Positions 1 through 10,801 of a DNA stretch of 64,000 nucleotides are shown here, piece by piece. Position 1 is the stretch's first letter. Each line of letters opens with the position of its first letter. The notes beneath the pieces are model-generated. The model had not been told where the DNA came from. It did no database searches and saw only the letters and a program-made list of their open reading frames with translations. A program made the position numbers and the translations under genes. Source of the stretch: Eledone cirrhosa (lineage: Eukaryota); assembly GCA_964016885.1 (NCBI GenBank), contig OZ024740.1:356686001-356750000 (forward strand), given 5' to 3'.

Positions 1-267
1 TCAACTGATATGATGACCCAGAATGTTAAATGATTACACATTCTACTACGTGCATGATTTGTTGCGGAAGGTACAACTATGCAAAATGTCGGTTAAATAA
101 TAGTAGTTTGTTAATTAGCGATGATATGTGCGGCATAGAGAAAGTTTTGTGGAATTCTTTCCGGTCTTTTGTGGTGTCTGAGTTTAAATCCCACCGAGGT
201 TTATTTTATTTGCATACTTTCGAGGTCGAAAAATTTCCAGTCTAGCCTGGGGTCGTTTCTTACCCTA

Positions 268-269
<2 letters not shown>

Positions 270-361
<92 letters not shown>
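270..361. repeat. (CT)n microsatellite
   Basis: Pure CT dinucleotide run. A second, interrupted run lies at about 965-1039. Confidence 0.97.
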
Positions 362-363
<2 letters not shown>

Positions 364-464
364 GGAAAAAGTTGGCTGCGTTCCAATCTAGGTTTCAAGT
401 GCTCAAGACCCGCCGTATGTCATGACGGCGTCCCTAAGCCGCCATTAGGGATTACATACAATAG

Positions 465-750
465 TTGACGACACTGGGCAGAACAATGATGTTATTTTTC
501 TGAAGCAGAATAAATTTCATGGAGGTGAGCCTAAATATTGCACTTGGTGTAAATTTGAACGTTTTAAGTTTTACAAATACTTTTGTTTCTATGTGTATTT
601 ATTTTATTTAATTCCAGAGTTAAGGTTGCTGAAATCGTAATACTCAGACGTCTTTGTCTCTTAAAGATTTCGACTGTTTTCGTTCCCCAGTTCAGCTTGC
701 CTAAAGTGTATTCCTCGAATATCTGCAGTGACAGGCGAAATAATAATTCA
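465..750. repeat. Old dispersed repeat, copy A (unclassified)
   Basis: Colinear similarity by eye to 4778-5095, e.g. ataaatttcatggaggtgagcctaaatatt vs ataaatttcatggaagttagcctcaatatt, and ttaaagatttcgactg vs ttaaagatttcaacta. Confidence 0.6.
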
Positions 751-978
751 TGATATAATTTTGAACAGACAACGAATTGGTAGTCATTACACCGTCGGTT
801 GGAATGTGCCACGGTATTTGTTCTGGCTTATTTCGATCTCTGATTTCAAATAACCCATAAGTCAACTTTGCCTTTCACCATTTCGAGGTCAATAAAAAAC
901 GAATCAATCCATTAAGTGAGTCGAGTCTTTTTTCTATTTCTCTTTTCACTTCCTCCCTGTCTAACTCTCTCTCTCTCT

Positions 979-1042
<64 letters not shown>

Positions 1043-1155
1043 TCTATCCTCTGAAAAGAAAGGGAGAGACGATGGCTCCACCAGATTTAAAGTACCCAAG
1101 ACACACCCCATATCATGATGATACCCATAAGATTCAATCTAGAGGTACAGTTTAA

Positions 1156-1277
1156 TATATACATACACACACATATATACATACACGCACACACACACAT
1201 ATATATATATACACACATATATACATACATACACACATATTACCTACATACATACTCACACACATCACATACATACA
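1156..1277. repeat. Degenerate (TA/CA/TACA)n microsatellite; tail of RTE-derivative copy 1
   Basis: Mixed TACA/CACA/TATA repeats abutting the 3' end of the minus-strand element. Confidence 0.85.
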
Positions 1278-1890
1278 TGGTGGCTGCCAACTCGTTTTCG
1301 AGTACGACCACTACTTTATATCCATGTAGGAGAACTCCTACCGATGCGCTGAACGAGTGTGACCTTTTAGTCCAGCCAGCGACATGAAAACTCTGGTACA
1401 AACACTACACTTGTGACAATTATTGACACATAGTGCTGGGCCCATGGTACCATGTGACGACAAGTGAAGAGAGATCTCCAGATATAACGCAATGCCTGTG
1501 CCGTGAAGCTTTTATAGTGAGCAAAGGCACTGCACAAAGCCAGTCCCACTCTCTTAAACAAGATGATATTTACCGAAAAGAAGGACATATCAACATCATT
1601 GGATACCATCAGAGTTGCAGGTGTTATATCAGAGTTTTCCTTCTCCTAGAATTCTGCCTTGACAAAGGCTAAGGGGTCATCTCTCCCGGTGATTTTGGAT
1701 GGCCATTGACTCTTAAGAGCTCCTTTGCCCTTTGACAGGTTTTGTTTTTAGTCCTGCAGGATGTCCAAAGTCACCCTCCTCACCAAGAAACCTTGGTGGA
1801 GTTGCCAGTTTAGTCGCCAACGACCCGACCTTGAGACAAGTTGTACTGGGATACATGTTACCAGTAGCACCAACTGGTGATCTGACATAA
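1277..1890 (-). mobile_element. Non-autonomous, internally deleted RTE-clade LINE derivative, copy 1
   Basis: The minus strand has an RTE-like 5' UTR motif (ctaggagaaggaaaactctga) joined to an ORF C-terminal zinc-finger remnant (CSVCTRVFMSLAGLK), a short 3' UTR and an (ATGT)n tail. No RT is present. Confidence 0.7.
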
Positions 1891-1971
1891 ATACATACAT
1901 ACATACATACATACATACATACATACATACATACATACATACATACATACATACATACATACATACATACA
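1891..1971. repeat. (TACA)n microsatellite; tail of RTE-derivative copy 2
   Basis: About 20 perfect TACA units between the two copies. Confidence 0.95.
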
Positions 1972-2537
1972 TGGTGGCTGCCAACTCGTTTTCGAGTACG
2001 GCCACTACTTTATATCCAAGTAGGAGAACCCCTACCGATGCGCTGATGAGTGTGACTTTTTAGTCCAGCCAGCGACTTGAAAACTCTGGTACAAACACTA
2101 CACCTGTGACAAATATTGACACATAGTGCTGGGCCCATGGTACCATGTGACGACAAGTGCAGAGAGATCTCCAGGTAGAAAGCAATGCCTGTGCCGTGAA
2201 GCTTTTATAGTGAGCAAAGGCACTGCACAAAGCCAGTCTCACTCTCTTAACCAAGATGATATTTACCAAAAAGAAGAACAAGTCAACATCATTGGATACC
2301 AACAGGGTTGCAGGTGTCATATCAGAGTTTTCCTTCTCCTAGAATTCTGCCTTGACAAAGGCTAAGGGGTCATCTCCCCCGGTGATTTTGGATGGCCATT
2401 GACTCTTAAGAGCTCCTTTGCCCTTTGACAGGTTTTGTTTTTAGTCCTGCAGGATGTCCAAAGTCACCCTCCTCACCAAGAAACCTTGGTGGGGTGGCCA
2501 GTTTAGTCGCCAACGACCCGACCATGAGACAGGTTGT
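1971..2537 (-). mobile_element. Non-autonomous RTE derivative, copy 2 (about 50 nt shorter at the 5' end)
   Basis: Near-identical to 1277-1845. Reads HRCSVCTRVFKSLAGLKSH on the minus strand and is flanked by TACA repeats on both sides. Confidence 0.75.
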
Positions 2538-2592
2538 ACATACATACATACATACATACATACATACATACATACATACATACATACATACA

Positions 2593-2621
<29 letters not shown>
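2538..2621. repeat. (TACA)n microsatellite
   Basis: About 21 perfect units immediately upstream of the RLE LINE. Confidence 0.95.
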
Positions 2622-2623
<2 letters not shown>

Positions 2624-4533
2624 GACTACAGTCTGGCTGGACTACAAGAAAGCTTTCGATTCTGTTCCCCACTCTTGGATGATAGAGGCCCTCCAACTTG
2701 CTAAAGTCCCAGACATTATTGTCAGAGCCATAGAGAGGCTGTCTTCTTCTTGGGCTACTATCCTAAGGTTAGAGACAGAGAGGGAGGACTCTATTTTCAC
2801 TGATAAAATAAAATAAAATATTGCAGGGGTATATTTCAGGGGACAGTCTCTCTGTGATATTGTTCATCTTGTCATTAAACCCCTTGTCCTTTCTGCTCAA
2901 GGAATGTGAGGGATACATCATTGGCTCACAGGAGGACAGAAATACGAACCTAACGCATAACTTCTTTGTGGACGATCTGAAACTCTATGCCAAGAACATG
3001 GATGGGATGAAGAAAAATCTTGACCTGGTTACAACGTTCTCAAAGGATATAGGAATGGAGTTTGGCCAAGATAAATGCTCTTACATGACTGTAAAGCGGG
3101 GAAAAACAACAACCCAATCTAGCAACATTGTCATCAATGGTCTAACTGTTTCAACGATATCTGATGAGGACTGCTACAGATACCTGGGGATAGATGAGAA
3201 CATATCCTATAATGGTATCTGTAATAAAGAACGCGTAACCAGGGAATACTACACCCGATTAAGAAGGATCTGGTCATCGGAACTCTCTGCGCAAAACAAA
3301 ACAGTGGCTCACAATGTGTTTGCTGTGCCTGTCCTAACTCCAACGTTTGGAATACTCAATTGGACGATAGATGAAATCCGAGCAGTTGATGTTGGAACTC
3401 GAAAAATACTGAACAACACCGGAAACTTCCACATCAACAGTGACATAGACCGCCTTTACTTGAAACGTAAGCAGGGAGGCAGAGGCCTAACATCAGTCCA
3501 GACAACATTTGAATGTCGCACCATATCTATCCGACAACATCTACGAACCTCGAAGCATAGGAGCCCGCTTCTCGAGCAAGTCTATCTGCATGAAACAGAT
3601 AAGATCATGAGAGTTGGGAAGGAACTCCTTGAGAGATATTCCCTGTGTGATAATCAAAAACTCACACCCAGGGATGTCGCTCAGCAGTATCGCAGTAAAT
3701 CCATGGATGAAAAACTGCATGCCTATCAGCAAAAAATCATGCATGGATATGTTGCCAGGAAGCTCCAAAGTGAGAGTAATGTAGATAAGGAAAGTAGTCT
3801 ATCTTGGACCAACAACCGCTATATTGGCTCCCACTTTGAAGGATACGCTTTTGCAATCCAAGAACAGGAGATTAGCACGAAATACCTGATTCACAAAAGA
3901 GATAGGGATGCAGGCAAAACACCTAGATGTGATAACAAGTGCAGACTCTGCAGAACTAACATCGAGGATATCACCCATGTCATCAGCAGCTGCCCAAAGA
4001 TGTCATCGCGGTACTATCTACCTATGAGGCATGATGTAGTGGCAAAAACACTGTACAATGCAGTTCGTAAAAAAGATAGCCCCGATAATAAACACATTAA
4101 AAGCTACAACAATGTGGAAGACATCCATGTACATAATATGAAAGAGTACTGGTGGAATGTTCCAGTAAAAACCCCAATAAAATGCAGGCATAACAGACCA
4201 GATATTATGATATGGGACAGGGAGAAGAAAACATGCACAGTAGTGGAAATTAGCTGCCCAACAGATGCCAATATAATATCAAAGATTAGTGAAAAGTAGA
4301 ATATTTATGCAGAACTGATGAGAAATCTGCAGATACTCCACCCTAATTACACCTTCAGATTTATGCCTGTGATTATTGGATCACTGGGGTATGTTAGTAA
4401 CTGCCTCAATACAAATCTTGAGAAGCTAGGCTTCACAGGAACAGAAAGAACACAACTAGTTAGGAAATTACAAGTATAATCCATTAATGGAACAGTAAAA
4501 ATATGTAAAACATTCCAAAAGTTTTGCATCTAA
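2622..4533 (+). pseudogene. Disrupted RT-RLE ORF of the TACA-flanked LINE
   Basis: ORF pieces 2622-2816 and 2821-4299, with a frameshift near 2810-2835 and in-frame stops at about 4297 and 4477. The natural stop is at about 4533. Confidence 0.85.
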
Positions 4534-4774
4534 TAACTGCATATACACATGTACAGATACAAAGCATATACACATGCACACATACAACTCAAAACATACA
4601 CATCCACACATACAATAACATCCATATCTACACATGCAGACATACATACATATCTACCTAGTTGATGTTGTGTAAATTCCAATGAGAGAGTCTTGTGTCT
4701 ATGTTAGAAACCGACTCTCTCTCTCTATTGGTAAAACTTTGTGAAATTATAAAACCAGAACATACATACATACA
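2622..4774 (+). mobile_element. 5'-truncated R4/Dong-like non-LTR retrotransposon (RT + CCHC + restriction-like endonuclease) with TACA flanks
   Basis: Starts mid-RT (WLDYKKAFDSVPHSW), then GDSLS, FFVDDLKLY, CRLC-x8-H-x4-C and RPDIMIW..VEISCP. The 3' UTR runs about 4534-4760, followed by catacatacataca. Confidence 0.9.
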
Positions 4775-4777
4775 ACC

Positions 4778-5095
4778 ACTGACGATATTATGAGAAAACC
4801 AAGGTCGTTATAATTCCGAACTAGATAAATTTCATGGAAGTTAGCCTCAATATTCCCAGAGGAATATAGTACTGAGAATTTGATAAAGAACGTTCATGTA
4901 GACATTCTACATTTTATAAATATTTTTGTTTCTTTATTTCTGTTATGATTTCTATGTAAATCCATAGTTAATGTTGCAGAAAGCGTAACACTCAGACTCG
5001 TTTCCTTATGTTAAAGATTTCAACTATGTCTTCGTTCCTCAGTTCTCCAAGCTTAAAGCGTATCATTGAAAAACGTTTGACAAGCAAAATAGCAC
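4778..5095. repeat. Old dispersed repeat, copy B (unclassified)
   Basis: Similar to 465-750 in the same orientation. Confidence 0.6.
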
Positions 5096-5392
5096 TATAG
5101 ATTATTATGTTAACTGAAGTGGTCTCCATTGATTGTTCATTCACAGGTTGCACTCCGATAAATACACAAGTTCGCTATATGGATATACAGCACACTTCAC
5201 TATGATACATTCACCTGTTATACATTATAGTGTCTCGAATAGCTTCCAGAAAATGCATGCATTCCTCGATGCTCTACCATGGCTTTATTAAGGTATATAC
5301 ATAAAATGTATCAGCAAACTATATTATCATCTATATCATACCAAATAAAAATCTGAACTTAGAAATTCGAAAAATGTCACATCTGCCTTATG

Positions 5393-5581
5393 AATAATTG
5401 TTTCTACTTTAGGCACAAGGCCAGCAATTATCCAGTGCATTACTGGTACTTTGTTTTATCGACCTCGTAAGGATGAAAGGCAAAGTCAACCTCGGCGGGA
5501 TTTGAACTAAGATCGTAAAGGGGCGCAACTATGCTGGAAAGCATGGCGTCCGACCCTCTACCGATACTGCCAATCCACCAG
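5393..5581 (-). mobile_element. tRNA-derived SINE
   Basis: On the minus strand: A-box-like tggcagtatcgg, B-box agttcaaatccc, central gccgaggttgactttgcctttcatcctt..gtcgataaaa..gtaccag, and 3' end gccttgtgcctaaagtagaaacaattatt. Several copies occur in the window. Confidence 0.85.
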
Positions 5582-5789
5582 TATAAATAATGAAACTACA
5601 TTATAATATCCATAGAGAATCTTGAAATAGCAAAGATATTTTTATGCTTAATGTTTTATTCTGCTTGTCTAAACAATTTCCCATATGTCTTCAATATATA
5701 GCATACACACTCATTTTCTACAGACACCATTGAAACTAAAAATATGAAATACGTACTAACATAACTGCGACTGCGAATTCTCAATTTAA

Positions 5790-5792
<3 letters not shown>

Positions 5793-5871
<79 letters not shown>

Positions 5872-5895
5872 CTGTCCCCCTCTCTCTCTCTTTCT
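5793..5895. repeat. (CT)n/(CTAT)n compound microsatellite
   Basis: Direct reading. Confidence 0.9.
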
Positions 5896-8122
5896 ATCTT
5901 TTATCTATTTTTACAACATATACATATACATACGCTTTAAAATGCGAGAACAACTATTTTCTTTTCACTTGAGTGGACTTGAGTGGAACAACGTGAAATA
6001 AAGTATTTGGTTCAAGGGCACAACACGCCGACATATCCTATCCGAGAATTTACGATAGTCGGCACCATACCTTTACACTAAACCACTCACACGATTCCCG
6101 ATACTATATACATCATGGAAGCCATCAGAGTGTCATAACTGCCGCCATAACTCATTTCTTCATCCCCTATTTTTATTTTTATTAGTTCATGACTGTTTCC
6201 TGTGAGGAAAAAGGATTCACATCACAAGTTTATGAACAATGGCATTTTTTAACTTTATCACAATATATCAACATATTTTCCGGTGCTAATTGACATATTG
6301 ATTAAAAAGACTAACATATATGTAGACTAATATTGGCTATTTAATAAATATTGTGAAATAAGCCATCATCAAATATATATTATTTGAAAATCTATATATA
6401 AGAAGCATTAGATTTTATATTCTGAAATATATGTATTTGGCATTTTCACATGGTTACTGAGCCAGCTATGCTGTTGTCACAGCTTCAAATACTTTCAGTG
6501 GTACTATGTATGTTTATTATACATAAACATATTGTACATGGTTCTATTTATACCTCTGTTCTGAATCACATACCATGAATGTCTTTCGTTATACATCCAC
6601 CAGTTTGACCACAGTGTGGTAGACAATCAATGATAAGTTTGTTAATGTTCTACCACTATCTTTTATGCTATTATGTATATCAAAGAGAATAGCAAAGTAT
6701 ATTCATTAAAGCTTGAAAAGAAAACTGTTTCAATAGATGGTTTCAAAACAAATCCTTTTCGAAATGTATACTACACATACTTTTTTCATGACATTTAACT
6801 AATATTCTAAATCTGAATGAACCTATAAAAACCTCTTATGTCTAATTGTCTATCACAATGATAAAGTTTCTCACATTATATTATTTCATATTCTATTGAT
6901 ATATAAAACATAAATAGTATTTTATATATAGCATTAATTCATTTAACAATATACGTTATCTTGTAAAAATGACACAATGGCATTGGAACATATATTTTTG
7001 AGCGATTAGCATAATAATTTGACAAATATTCAAAATGGGTTGCAATAACTAGCGACTATTTTCGTTGGTGCTTTTGTTTTGTACTTTGAAGTATAACACG
7101 ATCTATATACAGTATATCAGAAGATATAGATTACTCTTAAATTACTGTTTTCTTCGATTCAAAGGCATAATTTCAAAAACAGCCTTGAGGTGTTACAAAC
7201 ATATATTTTTCGATTCAGGTTCTCTTCCCTGACTTTGAACCGAGTGTCCCTGATATATCTCATGTTGCACTAACTCAACTCTACTCTTTACATTTTCAAT
7301 TTGATTCATTCCAACGTTTATCACCTCAGTCTAGTGATTATGTTGACTATACTCTATTAGGGATGAAGAAACTGAAGTTAATGCCTATGATCAATACGCA
7401 TTCACATTTAAATAGTGAAATAAACATTAATTTACATTATGTGAGGAGCATGATAATTTGACTTAATGGAGGCTCTACTAGTATCAAGGTAAATTAAACA
7501 TTGTTAAAAGATATTTAATAAAGTGATACGAAAAGAAGAATGACAGCCAAGGCCGGATTAAATGTTTATGAGGCCACCTATGTACTTAAAATATCCCGAT
7601 GCCCTTCCCTTTTATATAAGGTTTGAAAAAATAAATTTTTAATCAATGACAAATACAATCAATATTAATAGAATGGTGCACCAACCATCTTACAGACACC
7701 TGAAATATAGGTGTCTATAAGATGGTTCCCCAACCATCTTATAGACACCTGAAATATAGGCATTGTTAGCTTAAGACAAACTTAAAAATAAGGAGTGGCA
7801 CCCAATTTGAAATTGTTTATAGAATTCTTTCTGCCTTTGTCACTCTAAATATAAGTTATAGCCTTAAAGAATTAGCTTTTAATGAATTCCCTTTTCTTTC
7901 AACCAATGACCTCCACCCATCCCACTCCCCACCCTCTCCTACCACCAGAAAAGATATAAATACCACAACATTTATTTTGGACAGCCAGATTCCTGATGAT
8001 TTCTAAAGATTGAAACAGTTCTAGTCCTGTAGAATCTCATCTATATTAAAACTTTTATACTCTGCTATGTATTGAGTACCTTACTTACTGTGGTTATCTC
8101 CGATTCAACCCGGAATAACTTA

Positions 8123-8189
<67 letters not shown>

Positions 8190-8619
8190 GCATGTATATG
8201 TATGTGCATGCATGTGTGTGTGCTGGATTTGAAATGAGAGTACAGAAAGCCGGATCAAATACCTCAAAATAATCTATCCGAGACTTTAACGACTCTGCAA
8301 ATCCACCTTTCTCTCGGTCTATTTCTAGGTGATATTGACTACCCTGCTTGTAATCTCATTGCATAACCTCAAGCCACTTAATCAACCCACCTGTCCAGCA
8401 TAAAACAACATTCTCGGAAGAAATGGACCATTTTCTCAATATAACACCTACCACTTCTGCTCAATTATAATCTTGCTGCTTTTGCTTTCTTTCATTTTAT
8501 ATCCGTCATTGTCGTCTTTGTTATTACAGAAGCTGGTGGTAGGGATGGGTGTGCTTGTTTGTACCGTGACAGCTTACATGCTGTATCGTTTGTGGTGGGG
8601 ATATTTCGACTAATATTGA

Positions 8620-8812
8620 TTTCTTATTTAGGACAAGGTTAGTAAATGTACGGAAAGGGCAAAGCTAATTACGTCAATCCCAATACTTGACTGATACATT
8701 ATTTTATCGACCCGTTTAGGATGAAAGGCAAAGTTGACTCAGCGATATTTGAACTCACATCAAATGTCACAGGCTACTTTATCAGACGCTCTGCAAATTC
8801 TGCCAATCCACT
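8620..8812 (-). mobile_element. Degenerate copy of the same SINE family
   Basis: ttttatcgacccgtttaggatgaaaggcaaagttgactcagcgatatttgaactc...ctgccaatccac matches the 5393-5581 copy. Confidence 0.7.
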
Positions 8813-10609
8813 ATCTCTATAAAATTATTAATGTTGATGGAGAACCTGACCTCGTAAATAAAAACAGCAATTTCTATTGTTTGAATCTGCTGAGTCATTA
8901 GCTGATACGTACAGGTGACGTCAAATTTTGCAAACATATACCTATTATTTTCTTTTCAAATTTCTGTCCTGGAAGAACATACTAAAATATATGTGTTCAA
9001 TATCTCACGCCAGTTAGTTTTATCTTTTTTCGTTTGTAGTTCGAATTTCCTTCACGACCTGTGAAATAAATACTTATTGTAGTTGTATTTTTGTCGACAT
9101 TTATCCAGAATGCGTTCAACCATCTTCAACCAATCAATGCGCAGCTTCAAACACAGACCCACCAGGTTATACAATCCCATCTTCCAGACGGAGATCGTCA
9201 ACAGTGGACACCTTATATGCGAGGAACTGATACCACTCCAAGATTCTACTTAATCGTATTAATCCGCGTTTTTAGCTCCACATATCATGATTTACATTAT
9301 TTCGGAAGGAGATCTGGTGCGACTGCATTGCATACATAATAATCAGTCATTGGCTGAGGCTGATAAAATCTAATATACAATTTCCATCTACGTTTGGTAC
9401 CAACTGGCAATGCAAGATATTTGTTTCATTAAGTAATGTATGCACAATAAATAGATCAGAAACATATATTTATATACTATCAGTATCTACATAACCTATT
9501 TCATTTCTACCATTCTTTATATAATGAATAATAGTACAATTATTTTAAACAATATATCACTTATTGTATATTTGAAGCACCTTTGCATATTCCTCATTCA
9601 TTATAGAATTTTATGTTTGTCACGTTTAATATTTATCTATAGAAAATGATATTTTGTTATGAATTTATTTAATTGTTATTTCACTCTGTTTTACTCGTTA
9701 GGTCTTGAGAAAAAGGAAATTTTCCATGACATTTGCAGACTCTCTGACACTGGAGGTGATTGATGTAGTTGATGTTATGTTCAAACATTCGGACAGCAAC
9801 GCCTGTGGGAAAGACATGAACCGAGATGTAGCTCTAGAGAGTTTAGTGATTAATTTGAGGCGTTGAGTTTAAACACAGCATGAGTGATGTGAAAAATAGA
9901 GTGATGTTCTAGGCGTATTGTGGTAGTTATGCATTATTGATATATGCAGTGACTGTGTGGTTCTGTTGGATTCAGTATTTCATATGACGAAATTTAGTGT
10001 TAGATGAAACAATCAAATTTCTTATGGCCATCATGTCTAGTCTCTCCAGTCTTTGATTCAAACAACATATTAGCTCATCCAATTAACAAATATTTTCATT
10101 TGTGATTGCATTAAAATGTTAAAATTCAAATAATTACGTTAAAATTTATTATTCAGTCTGTTGTATCTTTATCGAAATATTCCTGATTTAGTTCCTTTTG
10201 GTGAAAGTTTCATTAGGAAAAGCAATCTGTAATTTCCATCCTGCAGTCACTAATTGAGTAATGATGATTACTTAGGCAATATCTCAATTATTGGAGAGGA
10301 AAGTAAAGTCAATTGTGTCCACGCGGATATATTACTAGAGGAGGCTCTACGTGATTGCTTTGTCTACAAAAATCATACAGTATCCTCGTAAAATACGAAG
10401 CATACATTGAACAAAGTAATCGAGATATGCGAAAATGGCGGTTTATCACATACATTTGTATATAAATTATGGACTAGACAGATATGTAACTTAAACAGCA
10501 ATATCAACAACAAAGAAATTGCAAGTACTTTATCTATCAAAGAAGAAAAGAAGAAACTTAGAGGACAAAAACATTAATAGATTGAATCAGGCACAACATG
10601 ATGAACGAT

Positions 10610-10801
10610 AATAATTGTTTCTACTTTAAGCACAAGGCCAGCAAATATCCAGTACATTACTGGTACTTTATTTTATCGACCCCGTAAGGATGAAAGGCAA
10701 AGTTAACCTCGGCGGGATTTGAACTCAGACTGTAAAGGGACGTAACTATGCTAGAAAGCATGGTGTCTGACGCTCTACCGATTCTGCCAATCTACCACCC
10801 T
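10610..10801 (-). mobile_element. tRNA-derived SINE, full-length copy
   Basis: Nearly colinear with 5393-5581. A decayed partial copy follows at about 10820-10910. Confidence 0.85.

Noticed and set aside
169-1387. ORFs with poly-(LS), (ER) or (HTYI) tracts, and the many YIYI/CVCV ORFs throughout the window
   Set aside because: They are translations of microsatellites, with no coding evidence.
2036-2095. ctgatgag...gaaa hammerhead-like string on the + strand
   Set aside because: Stems I-III do not pair and copy 1 reads ctgaacgag. The segment is the antisense of the RTE zinc-finger coding remnant.
7546-7610. caaggccggattaa: hAT/MITE-like terminal motif (a similar hint lies at about 60367)
   Set aside because: No matching opposite TIR or target-site duplication was found.
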